This document shows positions 25,588-39,062 of a stretch of 64,000 nt of DNA, in pieces. The translations under genes were made by a program, and so were the position numbers. Source of the DNA: Octopus bimaculoides (lineage: Eukaryota). The DNA lies in the NCBI RefSeq assembly GCF_001194135.2, contig NC_068994.1:38892212-38956211 (forward strand), given 5' to 3'. Positions within the stretch are counted from its first letter, which is position 1; each line of letters opens with the position of its first letter. The notes under the pieces are model-generated. The model saw only the letters and a list, made by a program, of their open reading frames with translations. It had not been told where the DNA came from and did not search any database.

Positions 25588-26448
25588 AGCAACAAACAAG
25601 ATGAGGACAAATATCCGTCAAATGTAAATAATGTAAATAATTCCTCATCTCTTAAATATAGAACTGTAAAATCAACCCCAGTACTTATGTTTTAAGTTTG
25701 ATACTTATTCGATATGTCTTTTTGCTAAACCACTAAATTGCAGGGATGTAAATAAACTAATACTGGTAAACATCAGTATTATATTTTCTAAATTGTATTT
25801 GTATATATACAGAATTTTAGGCTTGGTTTTCAGCCTAGATAGTAGGACTCAAAAGGGTTCAAGTTTACTGATTTTTAGAGGTTGCTTGCATATTTTTCCA
25901 TCATAATTTTTGTCAGACTCACAAGTGATTTTACATCACATGCACTTAAGCAGTTCTTCTGTAACTTATTGCAAAACAGAACCGTACCAAAATTACCTGA
26001 CTACCTGTACTCTCTATAAAACATGCTACTGTCCACTTCATAGGACAATTCTTTTCTCTTATCTACACCAAGTGAGAATAAGAACAGGATGGAAAAAGTT
26101 TAAGAAAGAATTTCCTCTCAAGGCAATGAAGTGTTTCTTGTGTGATTCATATAGATACAGTGTGATGCTACATAGTAATGAAACATATGCACTGACTACA
26201 GAGGAAACATAAACGCTGTAAAAGAAACGAATATTCTCTACTGGCTGTGTAGAGCACATGAACAACAGAATAAATGCAAACTCAAACACACACATACACA
26301 CACATATATGCATGTGTATGCATGTTTACATACATGCATGCATAACATACATGTATGTATTCATACACATATATACAGACACAAACGCATACACAATTTA
26401 GAGAATCTATTTATTTGGTACAGGAATCAAAAGTTCAGTATATGCTTG

Positions 26449-26489
<41 letters not shown>

Positions 26490-26497
26490 ATGTGTGT

Positions 26498-26560
26498 GCA
26501 TGCGTGCGTGCTGTGTGTGCATGCGTGCGTGCTGTGTGTGCATGCGTGCGTGCTGTGTGT
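26498..26560. repeat. 21-bp minisatellite (GCATGCGTGCGTGCTGTGTGT) x3 after (TG)n
   Basis: Direct reading. Confidence 0.9.
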
Positions 26561-27283
26561 GTAGGTAATCTTCATGTCTGGCTTACAAAAGGAAAAAAGA
26601 GCAGATCTCCAATCATAGGATCTGAACCACTTATCTATTACTTGCCAAGCAATTGTACGTTAACACCTCTAACATAGTCAAAATAAGACAGAAAATCATT
26701 TTTTACTTTGACATATGAGGAAAAATATATACTGTACCTTGTCAGGTACCACTAACTTAATTAAAGAAAAAAAACCTTCATAAATATCCTGACTCTGAAC
26801 AGTAAGATAAATGAAGACACATCTTTGATCTGTTTTGGAAAAAATATTCTGATTAGTGAAATTACAGAATGAGGGATAATTTCCTTTAGATAACAGAAGT
26901 AAAACAAACGACATGGACATGATGGTGTAATTTTGAAAGAGATTTAAGCTAGCATTAATTCAACAACAAAGGCAAATTGCAATGATGAATCTAGGATTGA
27001 GACTAGATTTACTTTTTTGATGTCTTCTATCTCTCATTAGTAAGCAACATAATCATTCCAAGCAGTGGCTAATTCAAGTCTGTCATAAATAAATGTTCAT
27101 AAATTCCATCACTGTATTTGCTCAGACTTCAGGCTATAGGGGATATGTTAATGATATTTATTCTATTTTTTTTTTTTTTTTTTGAAAACATGTTTATGGT
27201 AAGACATAAACTTTTGATAATATAACAAATACATGCATACACATATACAAGGTACAAGGACTCAGACTTAATGGAACACACAA

Positions 27284-27284
<1 letters not shown>

Positions 27285-27339
<55 letters not shown>

Positions 27340-27376
27340 GTCTATCTATCTATCTATCTATCTGTCTATCTATCTG

Positions 27377-27460
<84 letters not shown>
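27285..27460. repeat. (ATCT)n/(GTCT)n tetranucleotide microsatellite
   Basis: Direct reading. Similar tracts lie at 32408-32470 and 48025-48120. Confidence 0.95.
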
Positions 27461-27462
<2 letters not shown>

Positions 27463-29084
27463 AATCTAGGTTTGTCAGTCTATCTGTCTTTCTGTCTCCA
27501 TCCCTTTGTGTTCACACACGCACACATACAATGTACCCGGCTAGACAAGAAGAAAATATATAGTAGACATGTGAAAGAAGCATTGTGAATTAAACAAACA
27601 TTTTGAAGATATTTTGTCCTAGTCGTGACTTCCAAAGTATTTCAGGGTTGGCTTCCTTGTGGTACATGACCTGATAATAGCCAAGCAGTTTCAAATTTAT
27701 TCATCTTTCCACCAGAAGACACCAAGAGATGACTGTTGGTGATTTGATACCTATTGCCTAAATCAAGAATTTTCTCCATGGCAAACTACAATAAAAACAG
27801 CTTCTTACCAGTCAAATACATCCCAAATTTATTTGAACTGATCTAAATGTTTGTTTTAAAAAAATGTTTGCATTCATAATTTACTTATTGTCACTCCCAT
27901 TGCTTAAATTTATTGGAAACTGTTTTGTGTTAGAGTAAATAAAAAGACATATATATATATATACATGATTGGCCATGTTTTTTTTTTCTTTGGAAGGGAG
28001 CTTGTGTTGACTGCAACCAACAACAACCAGAGATAGGTAAAGAAACTAAAAAGCACTAGTTATGCCTTTTCCTTGCACAGAAACATGAATTATATGTGTA
28101 TGTGCTTGTCTGTAGGGAGTGTGTGTAAGTACGTGAGTGTGTGCATGTTTGTGTATTTGATTGATTGATCTATCTCTCTGTCCATCTGTCTTTCTGCTTA
28201 TCTATCTATATGCACAAACATACATACATATGCATATATATTTATGAATGTATATATTCATATAAATATATATCCCTAGATAAATACATAAGTAATGCAT
28301 GACTGCATACGCATTTATGTAAATATTTTTATTCATACATATATACAATATATACATGCATAGATGCATGAATATATAGATGTACATACAATACATTCAC
28401 ATAATAAAAAATATGTATACACACATATATATGTTTGTATGCGTGTATAGATTCTGAATAAAAATGCAATACATTGAGTAGCATTTATATATATATATAT
28501 ATATATATAAAGACAAAAGTTTAAAAAATACTGAAAGATACTCCAGAACTTCCTGCAGGAAAGACCATTTAAAAGTATTATAGATTTCCAAATACAATAG
28601 CATCACTAATGAGAGTAGATTCTCACATTGACTTAGCACAGCTTTAACATTACACCTACCAAACTCCAGACTATATTCATTGTTCCTATGAGGTTGTTTA
28701 TTACAGAAAGTTACCAATTGCCAACCATCAGAATGTTATTCCTTGAGCAAGCAGACCATACATAAGTACTCACACATGTAAGAATTAGTCACTTTGTTAT
28801 ATGAAACATGTGAAGAGAATAAGAAAATAGCTATCATCAATTATATATATATATATATATATATATGTTCATTCTTTGGTGTAAACTCATTATAAGTATA
28901 TAGCTGTGCATGTTGTTGTGTGTGCAATCTGCATGTATGTAAATATTGCATGTATATACATATGAATGAATATATTCCTGTATGTATGCATGCAGTCATC
29001 TATTACTTATGCATTAATCTAATACACTTCTGTATGTGTAAGTGCTATTAAAATACAATATTTGTTTGTATTTATTGCATGTGA

Positions 29085-29310
29085 AAGGCAGCGAGCTGAC
29101 AGGATTGTTAGCATAGCATGTAGGGTAAAATACTTAGTGGTATTTCATCTGTCTTTATCTTCTGAGTTCGAATTCTGCTGAGGTTGAGTTTACCTTTCAT
29201 CCTTTTGGGGTTGATAAAATAAGTACCATTTCAGTACTGGCGTTGATCTAATTGACTTACTGCCTCTAACCCAAAATTGCTAGCCTTGTGTCAGAATTTG
29301 AAAATGATAT
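29085..29310 (+). mobile_element. Family-B SINE
   Basis: aaggcagcgagctgacag..ttctgagttcgaattc..cctttcatccttttggggttgataaaataagtacc. Further copies lie at 39590-39780 (-), 40000-40215 (+), 41690-41915 (-) and 62520-62860 (-). Confidence 0.85.
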
Positions 29311-30757
29311 ATTTTGGGTGTGTCTACACATCATATACACATACACATGTACATATTTGTGTGTATGTATATATATGTGTGTGTGTGTGTGTGTGTATAT
29401 GTATCCAGATGCAAACACACACACACGTGCACACATGTACACACACACACACACACAAATTGCACCTGTAATTCAAAGGCCTAGTTGAATCAAACGTATC
29501 ATGCTGGTTCAGCTTGAGAGTTATATTAAAGGCACACATATCTGTGGAGTACTCATCCACTTGAACATTAATATAATGAGCTCGGTAGTTCTGTTGACTG
29601 AACAACTGAATGCTTATAGTCAGACATTTTGATAGTGGTCCATTTTCTTACAGAGAGAGAGAGAGAAAGAGAGAGAGAGCAAAAGAAAGAGAGGCAGACA
29701 GATAGATTGAACCATAACCAGAGAGACAAATAAATAGATGGACAGAATGACAAAGAGAAAGAGTATAAATATAGTTGAGGCAATAGTATAGTGTTAACAT
29801 TAGAGTTCTGACAGTCTTGCATTTTGCAGAAAATTTTGAAGGAAAAGAAAAGTTACACAATTAAAACTGCAAACTAAAAGTAATTCATATACACTCTAGT
29901 AATCATTTTAGCTTTTATTTTGACTAGGTATATCTAAGAATACAGCATCTGTCTATTTCTATAAGGCCACAAGATATGATTTAACAGAAATTTGGTTGCC
30001 ACTTCTGGCAAATTTAGCGAATGCATCAATGCGTATTTGCTGGTACTTATATGTATTTTTTTCTTAGTGTTTATTCATTGTAAAAATTTATCATTATAAC
30101 AAAGAATGGTTATATTGTACTTCCCTGCAATACATAGCAAACATCTTTATGGATTACATTCATAATAATGGTGAACATTTTCTATTATAGACCAGTTAAC
30201 TTTTATCACGTTTTTAAAAGTATAATCTTTCAATTTTCCAATATAATATCAAATATAACTGTATTACACCAGCAACAATTCAAAAAGTGCATATGTCCTG
30301 TGTATTTTGGCTTAGATTCACAAATTGCTGATTCTATCTAACTCTTTTCAGTACCATATCTCAACAGCATGCTAGCTTGGTATATCAGTAGTTAGGCATT
30401 TTGACATTTAACAGGCATTATAATGGGTTATTCAGCTAACCTAGGTAAATCTCAAAGGATGGTGTTGTTTTTATTGATTTTAAGTATTGTGCTTATTATA
30501 TTTTCTGTGCAACTATAGCTGACCTTAACATTGTTCTAAATATAGAGCTGTGATACTTATGATTTGTATGAAAATGTTTACTGGTGAAAGATTGGAAATT
30601 TTTTGCTCCGTTGGTCACTCCGTTTTTGTTAGAGTAGGGATTAAGCCAGATGATCTTTCTTATTCTGGTTCAGTTCATTTGTGTACAAGTGAATATATGT
30701 GTACGTGTGTATGTACATATATGGGAGTGGGTGTAAATATATATATATATATATATA

Positions 30758-30797
<40 letters not shown>

Positions 30798-31169
30798 NNN
30801 NNNNNNNTAAATATATATATATATACAAACATATATACACACACATATATATATATATATAGATGTATATGAATAGTTATGTATGTAAATAAATACATAT
30901 ATATATATATGAATATTTGTGTGTGTGTGTGCATATGTGACGGTGCGTGATTTAGTGGTTATGGTGTTGTACTCATGATTGTGAGATTGTGGTTTCAATT
31001 TCTAGCCTGGGCAATGCATTGTGTTCTTGAGCAAAACACTTCTTTTTGCGTTGCTTCTGTCCATTCACCTGACAAAAATGAGCAATCCTGCAACAGATCC
31101 TATACTGGAGGGAATATATACACCATAGAATCAAAGAAACTGGCCTTATTAGCCTATAGCTTGGGATGG

Positions 31170-31219
<50 letters not shown>

Positions 31220-31220
<1 letters not shown>

Positions 31221-32080
31221 AATAGAGTTGGTAGTTGTAGTAACCAACTAAGGGATAAAATATCCGTATATACTATCAGTATCCGTTACCTGTGTTATCC
31301 CCGAACAATTGTGTGCAGGGACACCATATACGTCGTGCACAGGTAACAATAGGATAAGCAAAAGTTTATCAGGAACCAATGCTAATAATTAGAAAATGGA
31401 GAAAAACATAGATTAACCAGTACATAGATAGGACCACATTTAATGCTTCTTTATTAATACAAAGCAAGACATAACAAAACTAACAGCTGTTTCTGATCAA
31501 ACTTCCCAGAATGCAGTCTATACATAAATGCGAGAATAAAATTCTTCATCTTCAAAGGGCATTTGAATTAAGGCAATCGATCTTCATCTGAGTGAAAAAC
31601 AAGAGTATACAATATAAACAAAATGGAGAAGGAAGAGGTAAGAAAACATGGTTTAGACAAATAGTCTAAAAACCGAAAATGTTAAGTGCACATAATTATT
31701 TACTGTCTGAGCTCAAAGAATGTAGATGAGAGAATGAGCTATTAAAGGACTAGGGAATTCTATGAGTTATTAATGGGAGAGTACAGTTTAAGAGGTGGGG
31801 GTCAGGGTGTTAAAGGAAGAGGTTATCCAGAAGCTCTGTATAAATAAGATACTAATATAATTGTCAAAGGTGAAACCTTTATTAAATGGAGTAGGCTTAA
31901 GTAAAGTTAAAAAAATTTGATGTAGGTTACTAAATAAAAAATTTATTCACAGGATATTAATACCAAGAATCCCACCTATGGTACACAATGGGGTAAATCT
32001 AAGTCCAGTGGTCTCTACATTGGTCTGTAACAATTTAAAACAATTCACAAGTTAAAGCCGTTACAAAAGGTTTGTTTATA
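31220..32080 (-). mobile_element. Third Penelope-like family fragment: ORF end plus terminal repeat with a hammerhead remnant
   Basis: Minus ~31900-31770 reads QSFWITSSFNTLTP(HLLNC) with a frameshift. Downstream is GAAAC-AGCT-GTT (31493-31482), with the CUGAUGA box damaged. (TA)n lies at the left flank. Confidence 0.5.
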
Positions 32081-32406
32081 TATAAATAAGAAAAAGAAAG
32101 GAAGGAAAAAGTAAGGGAGATAAGACAATGAGTAGATGGTAAGTAAATGGAAGAAAAAAGAAAGAAAGAATCAACTCCATCAACTTCATTCATCATCACC
32201 TAAATGATGAAATGTAAAGCAGACTCCTGCAGTACTTGAACACAGAGAGCACCAAACCAGAACAAATACTATCTATTCAGATGTGATTGAAACTTTGACA
32301 TCAAACTCATAAATGCCTAAGTCAATTTCACAGTTTTTGAATGGCTATGTGTCTGCTTTAGCTGTAATTGTTTTAGTTTCAACACACAGCCTGATCAAGG
32401 AAGTAC

Positions 32407-32471
<65 letters not shown>

Positions 32472-32612
32472 ACTCTCTCTGTCTCTGTCTGTCTGTCTCT
32501 CTCTCTCTCTATATATATATATATGTATATATNNNNNNNNNNNNNNNNNNNNNNNNNNNNNNNNNNNNNNNNNNNNNNNNNNNNNNNNNNNNNNNNNNNN
32601 NNNNNNNNNNNN

Positions 32613-32648
<36 letters not shown>

Positions 32649-32704
32649 ACAAGCTAGCAGAATTGTTAGTTTGCTGGACAAAATGTTTAGCATCATTTTT
32701 CCCA

Positions 32705-33030
32705 GTGATATATGTATGAAAGATCCTGGAGGGGTCGGCACTAAACCTTGACATTGAGAACTATAGCAGCCCTTGAACTGGATGTCACTGCACTGTTCCA
32801 AAGGTCCCAGTTATACCATCTAGAGTGAAGTTCATGTACCGTGGTAGCTTGGGATTCAAGGACCCATGGATATTTAATACCTTGGCAAAACATCTGAAGA
32901 GTCTACATGGTGAAGGGCCTGAGGGCTGATCCTTGGTGGACTCCTACTTCTACGTGGAATTCTTCACTATACTCATTGCCAACCCTAACCTTACTAACAG
33001 CACCCCTGTATAGGGCCTGTACAGCCCTTA
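32705..33030 (+). mobile_element. CR1/L2-group LINE 3' fragment
   Basis: KILEGSALNLDIENYSSP*TGCHCTVPKVP..YRGSLGFKDPWIFNTLAKHLKSLHG matches the C-terminal FN.LP..L pattern. Confidence 0.65.
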
Positions 33031-33057
33031 TTAACTATTAGTCAATCCCTAGTTTCA

Positions 33058-33101
<44 letters not shown>

Positions 33102-33193
33102 ATATATTCAAATGCATACATACATACACACACACATATATATAATATATCATCAGCATCATATATTTGTATATACCCCACACATACAGAGAG

Positions 33194-33239
<46 letters not shown>

Positions 33240-33704
33240 GGATGACTCAGTTTACTTGGTATGTGGTTACTTAAGCAGGATTTTTCTTTTTATCATGTTA
33301 TCTTATCATTATTAATCCTTTATATATTAGTACCCTATTTTGCTCTATCCTAGCTTTTTATGAAACATGACCTGAAAAAAAAAAACACTGAGGAAATGAC
33401 ACACATACACACACACACATACACATGCACATTCTCATATGTGTGTATATTTAAAAAAAAAAAAAGAGAAGGGGTTTCGTGTAGACAAAGATGGATTACA
33501 AAGCCTGATTAAATCATTAATTGACAGATGGGTAGAAATTTATCATCAGCTGATTCATCTACTAAATAGGTCCTGGAGTAGGTATGGTTAGCTAGTATGA
33601 TACAGAATATTATGTTTATCCACTGCCCCTACTTATAGTGTGAAATTCATCGAAAGATGGTTAGAATGCGTTACTCTTATCAATATTATAAGGTAATTAG
33701 TGCA

Positions 33705-33850
33705 GATGTGGCGGTGTGGTTAAGAATCTAGCTTTGCAGCCATGTGGTCTTGGGTTCAGTCCCACTTGAGCAAATGTCTTCTATTATAACCTCAGGTTGA
33801 CCAAGGTATGTGTGTGAATTTGGTAGGCATAAATCGTTGAAGCCCATTAT
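33705..33850 (+). mobile_element. Family-A SINE head
   Basis: gtggcggtgtggttaag..gggttcagtcccac..gagcaaatgtcttctatt. Similar heads lie at 1265, 4186, 38540 (+) and 49820, 55415 (-). Confidence 0.75.
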
Positions 33851-33865
33851 GTTTGTATATATATA

Positions 33866-34161
33866 GTAAAATATAATTGCCAACTATATGTGGCAGTCCC
33901 ATAGAGGATGATGCTAGTGTTGTTTTTAGCCCCAGGAGGACATCTCCTCCAGCTGGGTAACAGTACACTGTCTGTGTTCAATTAGTATTTGTGAGGAGAA
34001 ATCATCGTTCCTATCTTTAGCCTTATGTGAAACTACTCAGAAATACTAATTGGACACAGTGTGTTGTTAACCAGCTGGAGGAGATGTCCTCCTGGGGCTA
34101 AAAACAACAGTAGCATTGTCGTCTATGGGATCACCACATATAGTTAGCAATTATATTTTAC
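33866..34161. mobile_element. Fold-back/MITE element with ~130-bp inverted arms and a ~40-bp spacer
   Basis: The left arm gtaaaatataattgccaactatatgtgg..gttgtttttagccccaggaggacatctcctccagctgg..caattagtattt is nearly the reverse complement of the right arm. The superfamily is not assignable by eye. Confidence 0.85.
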
Positions 34162-34214
34162 GATTCCGTACTGCTATTGTTTACTTCTCACTCAGAGATT
34201 TAATAATGCAATAT

Positions 34215-34363
34215 ATATGGCATGGCTGTGTGGTTTAGAAGCTTGTATTCCAGCTATGTGCTTTCTGCCATTGTGTGGTGCCTTGGGCAAATGTTTTCTA
34301 AAACATCGGGCTGACCAAAGCCTTGTGAGTGGATTTAGTGGATGGCAACTGAAAGAAACCTAT

Positions 34364-34399
<36 letters not shown>

Positions 34400-34417
34400 C
34401 TTGTATATATGTGTGTA

Positions 34418-34490
<73 letters not shown>

Positions 34491-34695
34491 GTATACATAT
34501 CTATGTGTGTGTCTTTGTGTTTGTGTTGAATTTGTTGTCCTCATCGCTGTTAGACAACTGGTGTTGGTGTGTTTACATTCCTGCCAATAGATTAAGTAGC
34601 AGGCTTTAAAAAATAAGTACTGAGGTTCATCTGTTTGAACAAACCCTTCAAGGCAGTGCCCCAGCATGACTGCTGTCTAATGAATGAAATAGTAG
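34215..34695 (+). mobile_element. Family-A SINE with an expanded internal (TA)n
   Basis: Head, microsatellite middle and tail ggcagtgccccagcatg..tctaatga. Confidence 0.85.
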
Positions 34696-36604
34696 ATGAA
34701 AGGGAGTATTTTATGCTGTTGTGAGGATGGATTGATCACCAATTTTGTGGGGGGTTGTGATGTTAGATGTGTATTGTATTGTTGAAGACTATCATGTGGT
34801 TTAGCTGGCTGCATGTATAATAAATGAAGCAACTTGCAAACTCTTAACTTTTAGCATATTTATTGCTGGACATGATTTACTGCATTGGCTGTTTACAAAA
34901 GAAAGATGCTGATAATATAATTGCTGACTAGAATGAGAGAACCATACTGTGTCTTGTAGAAGACTAGCTGTGGTATATCATGTGTGGGTGTCTGAAGTTG
35001 TTTCTTTCTCCAGGCGGTCTGGTTTTTGTAGTCTGTCTTCTGTGAATGCCAAAGATGGTCTACAGAAATGACTGAGTTCATCTGGTTAGTGGTCTGCTGA
35101 AGCTGTCTGGCTGTGTTAGGTACCCAACAGTTTTTATAGGGTGAAAAGAGGGCAAATTTTAAAGCATTTAAGGAGCTATACCACACCACAACTTCATACG
35201 GACTGGTAGAATTTATAGATCAATTACATGAAACCTATGATTCCTATTTGAATATCTTGCAGTTGGAGTTTGAAGTCTTATAATGTGATTGCTCAAATTG
35301 CTAGAAGCAGCAGTGATATCTCACTCAAATCATAACTTATTATTTAAGGAAAAAAGACAGACAAAATGGAAAAGTCATCTTAGATATAGTTTACCTGAAA
35401 AAAAATACTAGCTGATCATGGCTTGGACACTTTTCATTATTGGTTAGCTATCTACAACAACAACAACAACAGAAGCAATAACCATACTACTACAACTAAT
35501 TCTACATCTACAACTACAATTTGAGATAGCAACAATAAAAAAAAACAAAAATAAACAATTGAATATATAATGCCATCATACATAAACACACACTACTTTA
35601 TACATACATTGCTATTACACCCACACCTCACAAGCACCATATTGCTATATACATTATATACACACAAAGGCAGAAAGAAAGCCTCAATAAGGGCCATCCA
35701 GTCAACTAGAAATAGCAGCTAGATCACCTTCAGTTCATTCCATAGCATTAGTAATGTTACATTAGATAATACAGTATGAGAAAATTTATGGTAGTTAGGA
35801 GTGGTCATATCTGGAATGCTTTTGATCATAGATCAGTATGATCAATGTCAAGCTGGGTTAAACAACAACAACAGCAACAACAGCATGAACACGAAAAATC
35901 AGTCAGATACTGTCACAAAGGAACTCATTAAGCTATGTCTACACATGTAGAATACTATACAAAAAATAAACAAAAACATTCATACATACACATGCACACA
36001 TATGTATAAATACACAGACACATACATACAGATACACAGATTCATAGGCACATACTTACACATGAACACACTCTTTCATATTGTCACACAAATGTTCATA
36101 CACATGCATACACACATGTACATACAGATATATGCAGACATAAAAACATACATACGCACACAGATTTTCAAACAGATATACTTGAACACCCACACACACA
36201 CCCACACACACACACACACACACACACATACATACATACATATGTATTCACACGTGTACGCACATACACAAAAACACATATACATACATATAAAAGTTCA
36301 CTATTTGTTTTGCCAGTAAATGAGGAGTATTGAATATTTGAAAACTAAACAGATATATTGAGATCAATGAACAGTTCACAGGCTTCTGATGAAAGACTTT
36401 GATACATATAACAAATTAATTAATTAAATGATAATTAATTAATTAATTAAGAAGTGAATAATGATTACATTTAGTGTTTATCATTGTCAAAGATTACTCC
36501 CAAAATATACACTCAAACATGCACACATACTCACACACATACATACATGTGCCCACACACACACACACACACATTTTCCTGGTATGTGTAGATGTGTGGG
36601 TGGA

Positions 36605-36655
<51 letters not shown>

Positions 36656-37299
36656 NNNNNNNNNNNNNNNNNNNNNNNNNNNNNNNNNNNNNNNNNNNNN
36701 NNNNNNNNNNNNNNNNNNNNNNNNNNNNNNNNNNNNNNNNNNNNNNNNNNNNNNNNNNNNNNNNNNNNNNNNNNNNNNNNNNNNNNNNNNNNNNNNNNNN
36801 NNNNNNNNNNNNNNNNNNNNNNNNNNNNNNNNNNNNNNNNNNNNNNNNNNNNNNNNNNNNNNNNNNNNNNNNNNNNNNNNNNNNNNNNNNNNNNNNNNNN
36901 NNNNNNNNNNNNNNNNNNNNNNNNNNNNNNNNNNNNNNNNNNNNNNNNNNNNNNNNNNNNNNNNNNNNNNNNNNNNNNNNNNNNNNNNNNNNNNNNNNNN
37001 NNNNNNNNNNNNNNNNNNNNNNNNNNNNNNNNNNNNNNNNNNNNNNNNNNNNNNNNNNNNNNNTATATAATATATTACTTGTTTCAGTCATTAAACTGTA
37101 GCCATGCTGGAGCACTGCCTTGAAAAATTCTAGTTAAATCAGTTGATCCCAGTCAACTGATTTTAACCTGGAGTTTACTCTATCAGAGTCTTTTGCTGAA
37201 CCACTAAGTTACAGGGATGTAAACATACTGAAACCAGTTGTCAAGCGGTGATGGGGGACAAACATGCACACACACACACACACACACACAACTGCTTCA

Positions 37300-37515
37300 A
37301 GACCTCCAGCTGCTATATCTGGATTACAAATTCACATTTATACCAATAATAATTGGGGCATTTGGTTTTGTAAGTAAATGCCTAACTGTCAGTCTGGATG
37401 AGCTTGGATGTTCAGAAAAAGAAATCAACCAACTGATTCACACACATTGCGGAAACAGTCTGTAAGCAGAACAGTGAAACTCTGCAAGACTTTTCTCAGG
37501 CTTAAAATGTGACAT
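37300..37515 (+). mobile_element. Restriction-like-endonuclease LINE C-terminal fragment (different family)
   Basis: LQLLYLDYKFTFIPIIIGAFGFVSKCL..ELGCSEKEINQLI / RKQSVSRTVKLCKTFLRLKM*. Confidence 0.7.
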
Positions 37516-37840
37516 TGTTTCCGTTATTTACATTCTGAAGATGGAGACTTGTATCTTTGTTAGAAACCAGCACCTTCCACAGGGGAAGAATTTAAACGAT
37601 TAAAAGCAGAGGAGACATACATACATACATACATACATATGCAATGTATATAAGTCAATACTGCATCTGTTAAACCTTGTCCTTCAAATGATGTAATTTC
37701 ATACATGTTTGTGTGCATGTGTGTACATACATACATATATGTGTGTGTGTGTGTGTGTGTGTGCATGTGTGTGTGTGTGTGAGTGTATGTGTATTTATGT
37801 CTGACTCATGGGAAAGTGGATGTTAGGACAATGGTGACAA

Positions 37841-37887
<47 letters not shown>

Positions 37888-38732
37888 TGTGTATGTGTAT
37901 GCATATGCATTTATATGTTTATGTATGTTCATTATCTGTTTGTTTTAAACTAAGTTAATGGGTGGTTGATGTGTTTGATGTGATGTTAAAATTAGCATTC
38001 TGATCAAGCAGAAGTTAATCTTTAAGGAAAGGAAAGGAAGAGAGATGTATTACTAGTGAAATGATATTTAAATACACACATATATATATATATATAAATC
38101 AGATGGACAGACTTGCTTATTAACTGGTGGTCTAATCCTTCAATAATCTCTGTGGCTGTTGTCATGATAATAATACCATTATATGGAAATTGAAATACAT
38201 AATAATATATCATCAAACTTAATCTGGCATAATTTACAATAGTAATAGCAATGGAAATTCACTGGTAGAGACCAGACTCCAATAATGTTGTGTAGCAACT
38301 GAATAAAATATAATAAATACAATACTGTTGTGTCGCTGCAGGTCATCAGGCAGAAATTGTTGTTTAATCTAAGTCAGCCCTAATCATACTAACTTATGAT
38401 TAAGAGGAATGAAATAGCAATCATGAGAGTATCAGATAGATGTCTTGTGGTGTTTACTTTGATTCTCTGTGCTTGGGGTTGGGATTGATGAAATTAAATA
38501 TACCAATCCAGGACCGTGGATTTTGGTGTGACTGAAATGTGCAGGCATGGTTGTCTGGTTGAGAAGCTTACTTCCCAACTACGTGGTCTTGGATTCAGTC
38601 CCACTGTGTGACACACTGGGTCATATCTTCTACTATAGCTCTGGGCCAACTAAAGGTTTGTGAGTGGATTTGACAAAAAGAAACTGAAATGAAACCTCTT
38701 GTGTAATGTGTGTGTGTGTGTGTGTGCACATG

Positions 38733-38777
<45 letters not shown>

Positions 38778-38859
38778 GTGTGTGTGTGTGTTTGCATACA
38801 TGTGTGTACACATGTATGTGTTTACATGTACCTTTACCTTGCCATTATATGATGCCTGT

Positions 38860-39062
38860 AAAAGAGCCTCACCAACATACAAGCAATGTTGTTCATTTCC
38901 AGTTTTCTGTGTAAAACATATCAGGCCAAAGGGAAATATTACTTTGTTTGGAAAGAAATGAGGGTTGGTAAAAAGAAAGGCATCCAGCCATATAAAATCT
39001 ACTTCAACAAATTCTGTCCGACCCACACAAGCATGGAAAAGCATATGTTAAATGATGATGAA
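38860..39062 (+). mobile_element. Short RTE-tailed repeat (SINE or LINE 3' end)
   Basis: gaaatattac(c/t)ttg..gagggttgg..aagggcatccagcc..aaaatct..gacccat..agcatggaa..(GAT)n. Copies lie at 1600-1810 (+), 49130-49330 (-) and 55085-55280 (-). Confidence 0.7.

Larger units (their letters stand above)
25050..25668. mobile_element. Head-to-head inverted dimer of a tRNA-head/hammerhead PLE terminal unit, single insertion with a 12-bp TSD
   Basis: Minus copy 25315-25050 and plus copy 25381-25668 with a ~65-bp spacer. Flanked by AAATCAACCCCA at 25038-25049 and 25669-25680, interrupting a SINE tail that resumes (ccccagtactt) after the second repeat. Confidence 0.85.

Noticed and set aside
27600-27790. 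48-codon open frame after a good minus-strand acceptor (FAMEKILDLGNRYQIT..)
   Set aside because: It ends in a stop without a good donor, and neighbouring frames hint at a decayed LINE RT start (DW*EAV..DLGN.Y).
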